From: Pristiophorus japonicus
Lineage: Eukaryota
Assembly: GCF_044704955.1 (NCBI RefSeq)
Contig: NC_091977.1
Coordinates: 13,020,001-13,084,000 of the forward strand
DNA length: 64,000 nucleotides
Reading direction: 5' to 3'
Shown here: one piece after another, positions 10,901-22,006 of the stretch
Layout: each line of letters opens with the position of its first letter
Position numbering within the stretch: the first letter of the stretch is position 1
Translations under genes and position numbers: made by a program
The notes under the pieces: generated by a model
Databases searched by the model: none
Seen by the model: only the letters and a program-made list of their open reading frames with translations
Told to the model about the DNA's origin: nothing

Positions 10901-12464
10901 ACCTGGACAAGCCAGGACCCCTTATTATCTCTAGTCAAAAGCTGTGTGCTTCATGGGAGCTGGCCCAGTGTCCCAGTGGAAATGCAGGAAGAGATAAAGC
11001 TGTTCCAGCAGCGCAAAGATGAAATGTCTATACAGGCAGACTGCCTTCTGTAGGGCAATCGAGTAGCGGTCCCCAAGAAGGGCAGAGACACCTTCATCAA
11101 TGACCTCCACAGTACCCATCCAGGCAGCGTAATGATGAAAGCGATAGCCAGATCCCACGTGTGGTGGCCTTGTATTAATGCGGACTTCGAGTCCTGTGTT
11201 CACAGATGTAATACATGCTCGCTGTTAAGCAATGTACCCAGGGAGGCGCCGCTAAGTTTATGGTCTTGGCCCTCCAAACCGTGGTCTAGGTACACGTCGA
11301 CTATGCAGGCCTGTTCTTGGCGAAAATGTTCCTTGTGGTTGTAGATGCGTACTCCAAGTGGATTGAGTATAAGATAATGCCGGCTAGCACGTCCGTTGCC
11401 ACTATTGAAAGCCTGTGGCTTTGTTTGCCACTCATGGCTTACTCGATGTCCTGGTGAGCGACATCAGGCCATGTTTTACCAGTGCTGAGTTAAAGAATTC
11501 ATGACCCGTAATGGGATCAAACTTGTCACATCTGCCCCATTTAAACCAGTGCAAACCATCAAGCAAGGCTTGAAGAGGGTAACGGAAGGCTCACTGCAAA
11601 CTCGCCTATCCCAAGTCCTGCTTAGCTACCACACGAGACCCCACTCACTCATTGGGATCCCAGTTGCTGAACTGCTCATGAAAAGAGCATTTAAGACAAG
11701 GCTCTCATTAGTTCACCCTGATCTACATGAACAGGTAGAGAGCAGACGGCTTCAACAAAGTGCATACCATGATAGCGCAAATGTGTCACACGAGATTGAA
11801 GTCAATGATCCTGTATTTGTATTAAATTATGGACAAGGTCCCAAGTGGCTTCCCAGCACTGTCGTGGCCAAAGAGGGGAGCAGGGTGTTTCGGGTCAAAC
11901 TTTCAAATGGACTCATTCACCGGAAACACTTGGACCAAAACAAACTCAGATTCATGGCCTACCCTGAGCAACCCACCTTGGACCCTACCTTTTTTGATTC
12001 CCCAACACATACACCATTGGCAACCGACACCACGGTTGACCACAAAACAGAACCCATCATCCACAGCAGCCCTGCAGGGCCCAACACACCCGGCAGCCCA
12101 GTAAGGCCAGCTGCACAGCAGCCCAGCGAGGGCCCAACAAATGATTCATCAACACCAGCTTTCACACCGAGATGATCAATCAGGGCAAGAAGGGCCGCAG
12201 ATCGACTCACATTGTAAATAGTTACACTATTGTCTTTCGGGGGGGGGGGGGGGGGAATGTTGTTATATATGTGGACTTGTATTTACTCTGTACAGCCACC
12301 AGAGGGCTCATTCCCTGAAGTCCCAAGGGACCCCATAATCCCTTGGGTGCACAGTTATTTAAGCAGGCTTCACAGGTTGGAGAGGCACTCTGGAGACCTG
12401 CAATAAAAGACTAAGGTCACACTTTGAACTCACAGTGTTTAATCTGACGCTTTCTCCATACACA
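7931..12464 (+). mobile_element. Full-length Ty3/Gypsy (Mag-clade-like) LTR retrotransposon, decayed
   Basis: LTRs 7931-8142 and 12261-12464; TSD CTAAC 7926-7930 / 12465-12469; PBS (t>a)ggcgacgag after 8144; G-run PPT before 12261. Confidence 0.95.
8176..12217 (+). pseudogene. gag-pol (two CCHC knuckles, protease, RT, RNase H, integrase) with frameshifts and stops
   Basis: CWRCGGDHRFHSC, CKGCGTMGHLQRMC, LDTGA, FQDD, CDASSYGVG, ARSHVWWP; split over several ORFs. Confidence 0.92.
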
Positions 12465-12576
12465 CTAACCACGAGCAACTTGAGGGGGGGACTTTAATCC
12501 TACCCGTCCACTGGCAACCAGGTTCGCTGGCCAACAATAACTTGCATTTATATAGCACCTTTAACGTAGTAAAATG

Positions 12577-14048
12577 CGCTCCCTCTCCATTGCAGGAAAG
12601 AACTTGGTCATCAGGAGTGAGGTGCTCTCGGTGTTGTACGTGGTGCAGGTCTGGCCCATACCCTGCTCCTGTGCCATGGTAGTCAACCGAGCCGTCTTCC
12701 ATTTCGTCTGGAGATCGAAAATGGACTGTGTCCGCAGAGACACGATGTACAAATCTCTGGACAAGGGGGGAATGGACGTTCCGAACGTGGCCCTCATCCT
12801 GATGGCCACCGTTGTGTGCGGCTGCATCAAGCTGTGCATAGACCCTTCTTACACAAACACCAAGTGTCAGTACGTGCTGAGATTCTATCTGTCCCCGGTA
12901 TTGCGAAGGATGGGTCTGGCCAGGCTGCCGCGGAACGCTCCGAGCAGTTGGACCATGCCTCAGCACCTGTCCTTCGTGGAAAAGTTTTTCAAGAAAAACA
13001 CCTTTGACAACAAGGCCATAAAGCAGTGGTCGGCACGCAAGGTCCTGGACGCCCTACAAAAGAAGGTGATGATGGACCCTGTCGGGTGGTTCCCCGAGCA
13101 GACTATCGAACTCGTTCGGCAGAATGTCTCATCACCAGAACTTTCACACAACCACCAAGACGTAGTTTGGTTGGCGGTGAGAAGGGCCCTACCCATCAGA
13201 TCCTTCATGCACAGCTGGGGTTTTGGAGACACTGCACTCTGCCCCCGAGTTGGCTGTGGTGCGGACGAGACTGTCATCCATCTCCTTTGGGATTGTCCCT
13301 TTGCAAGGCAGGTTTGGAAGGAGATGCAGTGGTTGCTGTCGAGGTTCATCCCAAGCAGCTCCGTAACACAGGATGCTGTGCTCTACGGGCTGTTCCCAGG
13401 GACACACACACCGAGACAGACATCACCTGCTGCTGGAGGGCCATCAACTCGGTCAAAGACGCTCTTTGGTCTTGCCGAAACTTGCTGGTCTTCCAGAGCA
13501 AGGAGATGTCCACGTCTGCGTGTTGCAGACTGGCGCAATCCAAGATCCAGGAGTACGTGCTGAGGAACGCACTTAAAATTGGTGCAGTCGCCGCAAAGGC
13601 ACGGTGGGGAAGAGCCACAGTTTAAAGCCCTTTCGCCCCAGTAAACCCAGGGTCTGGAATCAGTATAAAACTCCCCTCCGGCTGTACTTGTAAACTTTTG
13701 TATACATAGAGCACCGTGATCTGAAAACACCCATGTAGTGCCATGTATAATGCAAGTTCAGCAACTGTTTAGTAATGTATGTTGTAAAGAAATGTAACTG
13801 TACCCTCACCCGTTCCGTGTACTGTATAGTGCCACATGTAACGTAATTTGATGACTGTATTACAATGAATCGTGGATTGTACTGAATTGTACCCTGAAAT
13901 GTAAAGCAAGCAAATGTAGTGAACGGAACTGCCGTCAGCATCCAAATGTATTGTATGGAATTGCTGACCGCATCCAAACGTACTGAACTGCCTTCCAATG
14001 TATCGTGCAAATTTTTATATGAATAAAGTATATATTTAAAAATTTAAA
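12577..14048 (+). mobile_element. 5'-truncated Tx1-clade LINE (family A)
   Basis: LSIAGKNLVI..SLDKGG..CPRVGCGADETVIHLLWDC; AATAAA 14022-14027; A-rich tail; 14-bp TSD AACGTAGTAAAATG 12563-12576 / 14049-14062. Confidence 0.92.
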
Positions 14049-14743
14049 AACGTAGTAAAATGTTCACAGGAGCTTTACTATATCAAATACATTCGGCCGA
14101 AAATTGCGGACGGAGGCTTCCTTCGTATCTCTGTCTCTGACCCGAAGAAATACTACCAGTTTGTGCTGGAGGAATGTAGGATTCCGGTCTGAGACCTTCA
14201 TTCGCTGCGCAGCGCATGGTGACCAGTTTTCCACGGACGAATGCACCTGCTCGAAACAAGTGGGCCTGGACCACCAATCACTATCCAATATTCTCATTGG
14301 TAAAAATGGGAACCCCGTTTGCGCAAGCTCCCATTACTATCAATGAGAATAACACCCGAAAACAAGAAACAAAGCACAATAAATAAAAAAACCCTCACAT
14401 ATTTAAAATTAATTGAAATTAAATGTAATTAGATATTTTAGGAAAAAAAATATTTTTTGTAATTTTTTTTAATGTGTTTTAATAATGTTAAAAATAAACT
14501 TACCTTAATGGACAGGGTTTTTAATATAAAAATGGATGATTACATTTAATTGTTCTATGTTTTAAAAATGTTACGCTGGTAAAAGTAAGCCATACATCTG
14601 CTTTTACCAGGCGTAAAAGTTTGAAGGACATTCGCTGGGCATGAGTGGGCAAATAGCCCAATCTCGCCCGTGTGGATGTCCTTCTTGCGGGGATGCGTAG
14701 AATCTGTTTTGACAGATCAGAAAAGCCAGATCTTGGCACATGC

Positions 14744-16313
14744 ATGCATCCCAGGGTATTAAAAGAGATGGCGGAAGTTATAGCAGATGCATTCGTTATA
14801 ATCTACCAAAATTCTCTGGACTCTGGGGAGGTACCAGCGGATTGGAAAGCAGCTAATGTAATGCCTCTGTTTAAAAAAGGGGGCAGACAAAAGGCAGGTA
14901 ACTATAGGCCGGTTAGTTTAACATCTGTAGTGGGGAAAATGCTTGAAGCTATCATTAAGGAAGAAATAGCGGGACATCTAGATAGGAATAGTGCAATCAA
15001 GCAGACGCAACATGGATTCATGAAGGGGAAATCATGTTTAACTAATTTACTGGAACTCTTTGAGGATATAACGAGCATGGTGGATAGAGGTGTACCGATG
15101 GATGTGGTGTATTTAGATTTCCAAAAGGCATTTGATAAGGTGCCACACAAAAGGTTAATGCAGAAGATAAAGGTACGCGGAGTCAGAGGAAATGTATTAG
15201 CATGGATCGAGAATTGGCTGGCGAACAGAAAGCAGAGAGTCGGGATAAATGGGTCCTTTTCGGGTTGGAAATCAGTGGTTAGTGGTATGCCACAAGGATC
15301 GGTGCTGGGACCACAACTGTTTACAATATACATAGATGACCTGGAAGAGGAGGCAGAGTGTAGTGTAACAAAATTTGCAGATGACACAAAGATTAGTGGG
15401 AAAGCGGGTTGTGTAGAGGACACAGAGAGGCTGCAAAGAGATTTAGATAGGTTAAGCGAATGGGCTAAGGTTTGGCAGATGGAATACAATGTCGGAAAAT
15501 GTGAGGTCATCCACCTTGGAAGAAAAAATAGTAAAAGAGAATATTATTTGAATGGGGAGAAATTACAACATGCTGCGGTGCAGAGGGACCTGGGGGTCCT
15601 TGTGCATGAATCCCAAAAAGTTAGTTTGCAGGTGCAGCAGGTAATCAGGAAGGCGAATGGAATGTTGGCCTTCATTGCGAGAGGGATGGAGTACAAATGC
15701 AGGGAGGTCCTGCTGCAACTGTATAGGGTATTGGTGAGGCCTCACCTGGAGTACTGCGTGCAGTTTTGGTCACCTTACTTAAGGAAGGATATACTAGCTT
15801 TGGAGGGGGTACAGAGACGATTCACTAGGCTGATTCTGGAGATGAGAGGGTTACCTTATGATAGATTGAGTAGACTGGGTCTTTACTAGTTGGAGTTCAG
15901 AAGGGTGAGGGCTGATCTTATAGAAACATTTAAAATAATGAAAGGGATAGACAAGATAGAGGCAGAGAGGTTGTTTCCACTGGTCTGGGAGACTAGAACT
16001 AGGGGGCACAGCCTCAAAATACGGGGGAGCCAATTTAAAACTGAGTTGAGAAGGAATTTCTTCTCCCAGAGGGTTGTGAATCTGTGGAATTCTCTGCCCA
16101 AGGAAGCAATTGAGGCTAGCTCATTGAATGTATTCAAGTCACAGATAGATAGATTTTTAACCAATAAGGGAATTAAGGGTTATGGGGAGCGGGCGGGTAA
16201 GTGGAGCTGAGTCCACGGCCAGATCAGCCATGATCTTGTTGAATGGCGGAGCAGGCTCGAGGGGCTAGATGGCCTACTCCTGTTCCCAATTCTTATGTTC
16301 TTATGTTCTTATG
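14744..16313 (+). mobile_element. 5'-truncated CR1 LINE, RT nearly intact
   Basis: [34 protein letters not shown]; (ttcttatg)n tail; ATGCA duplicated at the ends. Confidence 0.95.
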
Positions 16314-17061
16314 CACCCCGAGAATCGGCATCACGAGGCCTAACTGAGTGCGTGCGCACATCGTAAATAAGAACATAAGAAATAAGAACAGGAGTAGACC
16401 TCAAGCCTGCTCCGTCATTCAATAAGGTCATGGCTGATCTGACCTTGGACTCAGCTCCACTTCCCTGTCCGTTCCCCATAGCCCTCCCTTATTGTTCAAA
16501 AATCTGTCTATCTCCGCTTTAAATATATACAATGACCCAGCCTCCACAGCTCTCTGGGGCAGAGAATTCCATCGATTTACAACCCTCTGAGAGAAGAAAT
16601 TTCTCTTCATCTCAGTTTTAAATGGGCGGCCCCTATTCTAAGACTATGTCCCCTAGTTTTAGTTTCTCCTATGAGTGGAAATATCCTCTCTGCATCCACC
16701 TTGTCGAGCCCTCTCATTGTCTCATAAGTTTCAATAAGATCACCTCTCATTCTTCTGAACTTCAATGAGTAGAGGCCCAATCTCCTCAACCTTTCCTCAT
16801 AAGACAACCCCCTCATCTCCGGAATCAGCCTAGTGAACCTTCTCTGAACAATCTCTAATGCAAGTATATCCTTCCTTAAATACGGAGACCAAAACTGTAT
16901 GCAGTACTCCAGGTGTGGCCTCACCAATACCCTGTACAGTGGTAACAGGACTTCTCTGCTTTTATACTCTATCCCCCTTGCAATAAAGGCCAACATTCCA
17001 TTTGCCTTCCTGATTACTTGCTGTACCTGCATACTAACTTTTTGTGTTTCATGCACAAGGA

Positions 17062-19308
17062 ATCCACCCCGACCAGTCCTACACGGTCCCGGGCCGGACA
17101 ATCCACGATAACATCCATCTGGTCCGGGACCTCATCCATTGTTCCCAGGAGGCTGGTCTGTCGGTCGCCTTCCTATCCCTCGACCAAGAGAAGGCATTCG
17201 ACAGGGTGGATCACGACTATCTGCTCGGAACTCTGCGCGCTTTCGGGTTCGGGACGCATTTCGTCGCCCGGATCCGACTTTTGTACGCCGCCGCGGAGTG
17301 TCTGATTAAGGTTAACGGGTCCTTGACGGCGCCCCTTCGCTTTAGGAGAGGGGTGCGCCAGGGATGCCCCATGTCCGGCCAGTTATACGCCGTTTGCGTG
17401 GAGCCTTTCCTGCGCCTCTTGCGGACGAGGTTGACGGGACTGGCTCTGCAAGGGCCGGGCGTGGAGGTCGTCCTCTCGGCCTACGCCGATGACGTGCTCC
17501 TCGCGGTAGAGGATCCCGCTGACCTGCGGAGGATGCGTGAGTGCCAGGAGATTTACTCGGCCGCGTCCTCCGCCAGGATCAACTGGGAGAAATGTTCCGG
17601 ACTCCTGGTGGGTCAGTGGCGGGTGGACTCCCTGCCGGAGGAGCTCAGGCCTTTTGCCTGGAGCACGACCCATCTCCTCTATCTGGGAGTCTACCTTAGC
17701 CCCGACGAGGAAGCCTGGCCGGCGAACTGGCAGGAGCTGGAGGCCAAGGTCGCCGCTCGCCTAGGGCGCTGGACAGGACTGCTCCGAGTGCTGTCCTACA
17801 GGGGTCGAGCGCTAGTCATAAACCAGCTGGTGGCCGCAATGCTGTGGTACCGGCTGGTCACTTTGACCCCTCCCCCTGCGTTTGTCGCCAAGATACAGAA
17901 GAAGCTGGTGGACTTCTTCTGGAACAACAGGAAGCACTGGGTCTCTGCCGCGGTCTTGAGTCTCCCGCTTGAGGAGGGTGGTCAGTCGTTGGTGTGCGTC
18001 AGCGCCCAGCTCGCGACTTTCCGTCTTCAGACCCTGCAGAGATACCTTTACGTCGAGCCCCCTCCTAGGTGGTGTGCTCTGGCGAGGTATTTCTTCCGCC
18101 AGCAGCGCGACCTCAATTATGACACGCAGTTCCTGTTTGTGAACTTGGGGGGTGTCAGGACCGCCCTCCGGGAGCTGCCTGTCTTTTACAGGGAACTCAT
18201 CAGGGTCTGGAACAAAGTCTCCACCAAGCGCAGCTCTCCGCCGGCTGGAGTGGCGGCCGTCCTGCAGGAACCGCTGCTCGGGAATCCGTACCTCCACGGC
18301 CGGGGTTTCATGTGGCGGTCGGAAGAGAGGGCTGTGGCTGGTGAGGTGACCAGGGTCAGAGACCTGCTCGATGGCGGAGGAGTGGGCTGGATGGCGCCAG
18401 ACACGCTGGCGCGGCGCCTAAACTCTGCCAACGTCCGCCACGCGGCCGATGCCATCGAGTCGCTAAAAACAGCTCTGGGCCCTGACTCCGTTAGGTGCAT
18501 CGAGGAGGCTCAAGCACGTGGGGAGATCCCGTCCGAACTGACCCCCGTCCGGACGGAATTCCTCATCGGCGCCAAACCCCGGAACCTCCCTCGGGGGCCG
18601 GCGCCTCACAACTTGAGCCGCCTCGGGGAAATCCCCTCCGTGCCTTTCAGTTCCGCGCGGAGGGGTTTCCTGTACGGGCTGCTCCTGCACACCCTCAACT
18701 TTGCCATCCTCGCCGGCCGTCCGGACACGCCATGGCGTACCATCTTGCCGTCCGGAGGAGGAAGGGGTCCCCGATGGAGGGCACTCTACGCAGGGGTCCT
18801 CCCACTATTCATCGGGGACTTGGCCTGGAGGGTGGTGCACGGAGCAGTGCCGTGCAACAAATTTTTAAGCCGGTTCACAGACTCCCAGGCCGCCTGCAAT
18901 TTCTGCGGTCTGGAAGAGTCCGTGTTCTATGTTTTTATTGAGTGCACGAGGTTGCAGCCCCTGTTCCATTATTTGAAGGGGCTGCTCCTGAAATTCTGGC
19001 TGCACTTCAGTCCCACTCTCCTGATCTTTGGACACCCTGTGCGGAGGGGAGCGGGTAGGTCCGAAGGCCTCCTCGTAGGACTGCTCCTGGGCACGGCCAA
19101 GGGTGCCATCAGCCGGTCCAGGCAGCGGGCGGTCGAGGGGGTCGTTCAACCTGACTGCCTGCCTCTCTTCCGCTCTTACATCCGGTCCAGGGTGTCCTTG
19201 GAGATGGAGCACGCGGTGTCCACCGGTACGCTCGCGGCCTTCCGCGAGAGGTGGGCACCGGAGGGACTGGAGTGCATCATCACGGCCGGCAACCAAATTT
19301 TAATTTGA
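17062..19308 (+). CDS. Uninterrupted partial ORF2 (RT and C-terminal zinc knuckle; no endonuclease, no native start)
   Basis: IHPDQ, SLDQEKAFDRV, GVRQGCP, YADD, YLGV, CNFCGLEESVFYVFIEC (knuckle His replaced by Tyr). Confidence 0.8.
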   Translation: MHPDQSYTVPGRTIHDNIHLVRDLIHCSQEAGLSVAFLSLDQEKAFDRVDHDYLLGTLRAFGFGTHFVARIRLLYAAAECLIKVNGSLTAPLRFRRGVRQGCPMSGQLYAVCVEPFLRLLRTRLTGLALQGPGVEVVLSAYADDVLLAVEDPADLRRMRECQEIYSAASSARINWEKCSGLLVGQWRVDSLPEELRPFAWSTTHLLYLGVYLSPDEEAWPANWQELEAKVAARLGRWTGLLRVLSYRGRALVINQLVAAMLWYRLVTLTPPPAFVAKIQKKLVDFFWNNRKHWVSAAVLSLPLEEGGQSLVCVSAQLATFRLQTLQRYLYVEPPPRWCALARYFFRQQRDLNYDTQFLFVNLGGVRTALRELPVFYRELIRVWNKVSTKRSSPPAGVAAVLQEPLLGNPYLHGRGFMWRSEERAVAGEVTRVRDLLDGGGVGWMAPDTLARRLNSANVRHAADAIESLKTALGPDSVRCIEEAQARGEIPSELTPVRTEFLIGAKPRNLPRGPAPHNLSRLGEIPSVPFSSARRGFLYGLLLHTLNFAILAGRPDTPWRTILPSGGGRGPRWRALYAGVLPLFIGDLAWRVVHGAVPCNKFLSRFTDSQAACNFCGLEESVFYVFIECTRLQPLFHYLKGLLLKFWLHFSPTLLIFGHPVRRGAGRSEGLLVGLLLGTAKGAISRSRQRAVEGVVQPDCLPLFRSYIRSRVSLEMEHAVSTGTLAAFRERWAPEGLECIITAGNQILI

Positions 19309-19543
19309 TTTTACGTTTTAAAGTTTAATTTGTTTTAATTGCCGGTGCTTTTAGTGTCCCCCTCTCCTTTTATAGGGGGCACTGGGGAAAATTGTGATTT
19401 TAGTGCCCAAAAAAAAAACCAAAAAAAGAAAAACACAAAAAAAAAAGGGGGGAAAAAAAAAGGCCTTGTAAATGTCTGGAGTGTCACCCAGGTCGGGTGG
19501 CACCGTTTAATGTTTTATGTTTTGCAGGTGAACTCCAAAAAGA
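17062..19543 (+). mobile_element. Tx1-clade LINE (family B), copy 1, starting at the RT domain
   Basis: Flanked by GTTTCATGCACAAGGA at 17046-17061 and 19544-19559; GC/CpG-rich; 3'UTR with A-tracts. Confidence 0.93.
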
Positions 19544-19559
19544 GTTTCATGCACAAGGA

Positions 19560-21806
19560 ATCCACCCCGACCGGTCCTACACGGTCCCGGGCCGGACAAT
19601 CCACGATAACATCCATCTGGTCCGGGACCTCATCCATTGTTCCCAGGAGGCTGGTCTGTCGGTCGCCTTCCTATCCCTCGACCAAGAGAAGGCGTTCGAC
19701 AGGGTGGATCACGACTATCTGCTCGGAACTCTGCGCGCTTTCGGGTTCGGGACGCATTTCGTCGCCCGGATCCGACTTTTGTACGCCGCCGCGGAGTGTC
19801 TGATTAAGGTTAACGGGTCCTTGACGGCGCCCCTTCGCTTTAGGAGAGGGGTGCGCCAGGGATGCCCCATGTCCGGCCAGTTATACGCCGTTTGCGTGGA
19901 GCCTTTCCTGCGCCTCTTGCGGACGAGGTTGACGGGACTGGCTCTGCAAGGGCCGGGCGTGGAGGTCGTCCTCTCGGCTTACGCCGATGACGTGCTCCTC
20001 GCGGTAGAGGATCCCGCTGACCTGCGGAGGATGCGTGAGTGCCAGGAGATTTACTCGGCCGCGTCCTCCGCCAGGATCAACTGGGAGAAATGTTCCGGAC
20101 TCCTGGTGGGTCAGTGGCGGGTGGACTCCCTGCCGGAGGAGCTCAGGCCTTTTGCCTGGAGCACGACCCATCTCCTCTATCTGGGAGTCTACCTTAGCCC
20201 CGACGAGGGAGCCTGGCCGGCGAACTGGCAGGAGCTGGAGGCCAAGGTCACCGCTCGCCGAGGGTGCTGGTCAGGACTGCTCCGAGTGCTGTCCTACAGG
20301 GGTCGAGCGCTAGTCATAAACCAGCTGGTGGCCGCAATGTTGTGGTACCGGCTGGTCACTTTGACCCCTCCCCCTGCGTTTGTCGCCAAGATACAGAAGA
20401 AGCTGGTGGACTTCTTCTGGAACAACAGGAAGCACTGGGTCTCTGCCGCGGTCTTGAGTCTCCCGCTTGAGGAGGGCGGTCAGTCGTTGGTGTGCATCAG
20501 CGCCCAGCTCGCGACTTTCCGTCTTCAGACCCTGCAGAGATACCTTTACGTCGAGCCCCCTCCTAGGTGGTGCGCTCTGGCGAGGTATTTCTTCCGCCAG
20601 CAGCGCGACCTCAATTATGACACGCAGCTCCTGTTTGTGAACTTGGGGGGTGCCAGGACCGCCCTCCGGGAGCTGCCTGTCTTTTACAGGGAACTCATCA
20701 GGGTCTGGAACAAAGTCTCCACCAAGCGCAGCTCTCCGCCGGCTGGAGTGGCGGCCGTCCTGCAGGAACCGCTGCTCGGGAATCCGTACCTCCACGGCCG
20801 AGGTTTTATGTGGCGATCGGAAGAGAGGGCTGTGGCTGCTGAGGTGACCAGGGTCAGGGACCTGCTCGCTGGCGGAGGAGCGGGCTGGATGGCGCCAGAC
20901 ACGCTGGCGCGGCGCCTAAACTCTGCCAACGTCCGCCACGCGGCCGATGCCATCGAGTCGCTAAAAACAGCTCTGGGCCCTGACTCCGTTAGGTGCATCG
21001 AGGAGGCTCAAGCACGTGGGGAGATCGCGTCCGAACTGACCCCCGTCCGGACGGAATTCCTCATCGGCGCCAAACCCTGGAACCTCCCTCGGGGGCCGGC
21101 GCCTCACAACTTGAGCCGCCTCGGGGAAATCCCCTCCGTGCCTTTCAATTCCGCGCGGAGGGGTTTCCTGTACGGGCTGCTCCTGCACACTCTCAACTTT
21201 GCCATCCTCGCCTGCCGTCCGGACACGCCATGGCGTACCATCTTGCCGTCCGGAGGAGGCGGGGGTCCCCGATGGAGGGCACTCTACGCAGGGATCCTCC
21301 CACTATTCATCGGGGACTTGGCCTGGAGGGTGGTGCACGGAGCAGTGACGTGCAATAAATTTTTAAGCCGGTTCACGGACTCCCAGGCCGCCTGCAATTT
21401 CTGCGGTCTGGAAGAGTCCGTGTTCCATGTTTTTATGGAATGCACAAGGTTGCAGCCCCTGTTTTATTATTTGAAGGGGCTGCTCCTGAAATTCTGGCTG
21501 CACTTCAGTCCCACTCTCCTGATCTTTGGGCACCCTGTGCGGAGGGGAGCGGGTAGGTCTGAAGGCCTCCTCGTAGGACTGCTCCTGGGCACAGCCAAGG
21601 GTGCCATCAGCCGGTCCAGGCAGCGGGCGGTCGAGGGGGTCGTTCAACCTGACTGCCTGCCTCTCTTCCGCTCTTACATCCGGTCCAGGGTGTCCTTGGA
21701 GATGGAGCACGCGGTGTCCACCGGTACGCTCGCGGCCTTCCGCGAGAGGTGGGCACCGGAGGGACTGGAGTGCATCATCACGCCCGGCAACCAAATTTTA
21801 ATTTGA
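19560..21806 (+). CDS. Uninterrupted partial ORF2 (RT and CCHC)
   Basis: Same motifs as copy 1; intact CNFCGLEESVFHVFMEC. Confidence 0.8.
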   Translation: MHPDRSYTVPGRTIHDNIHLVRDLIHCSQEAGLSVAFLSLDQEKAFDRVDHDYLLGTLRAFGFGTHFVARIRLLYAAAECLIKVNGSLTAPLRFRRGVRQGCPMSGQLYAVCVEPFLRLLRTRLTGLALQGPGVEVVLSAYADDVLLAVEDPADLRRMRECQEIYSAASSARINWEKCSGLLVGQWRVDSLPEELRPFAWSTTHLLYLGVYLSPDEGAWPANWQELEAKVTARRGCWSGLLRVLSYRGRALVINQLVAAMLWYRLVTLTPPPAFVAKIQKKLVDFFWNNRKHWVSAAVLSLPLEEGGQSLVCISAQLATFRLQTLQRYLYVEPPPRWCALARYFFRQQRDLNYDTQLLFVNLGGARTALRELPVFYRELIRVWNKVSTKRSSPPAGVAAVLQEPLLGNPYLHGRGFMWRSEERAVAAEVTRVRDLLAGGGAGWMAPDTLARRLNSANVRHAADAIESLKTALGPDSVRCIEEAQARGEIASELTPVRTEFLIGAKPWNLPRGPAPHNLSRLGEIPSVPFNSARRGFLYGLLLHTLNFAILACRPDTPWRTILPSGGGGGPRWRALYAGILPLFIGDLAWRVVHGAVTCNKFLSRFTDSQAACNFCGLEESVFHVFMECTRLQPLFYYLKGLLLKFWLHFSPTLLIFGHPVRRGAGRSEGLLVGLLLGTAKGAISRSRQRAVEGVVQPDCLPLFRSYIRSRVSLEMEHAVSTGTLAAFRERWAPEGLECIITPGNQILI

Positions 21807-22006
21807 TTTTACGTTTTAAAGTTTAATTTGTTCTAATTGCCGGTGCTTTTAGTGTCCCCCTCCCCTTTTATAGGGGGCACTGGAAAAAATTTGATTTTAG
21901 CGCCAAAAAAAAGGAAAAAAAAAAGGGGCCTTGAAAATGTCAGCTGTGTCACCCAGGCGGGTGGCACGGTTTAATGTTTATGTTATTTTCAGGTAAACTC
22001 AAAAGA
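19560..22006 (+). mobile_element. Tx1-clade LINE (family B), copy 2, tandem
   Basis: Same 5' start as copy 1; followed by a third GTTTCATGCACAAGGA at 22007-22022. Confidence 0.93.

Noticed and set aside
17044-21806. 754 and 769 aa ORFs as domesticated host RT genes
   Set aside because: The listed starts are GTG codons in flanking or target sequence, TSDs and TE tails are present, and each copy has private damaging substitutions.
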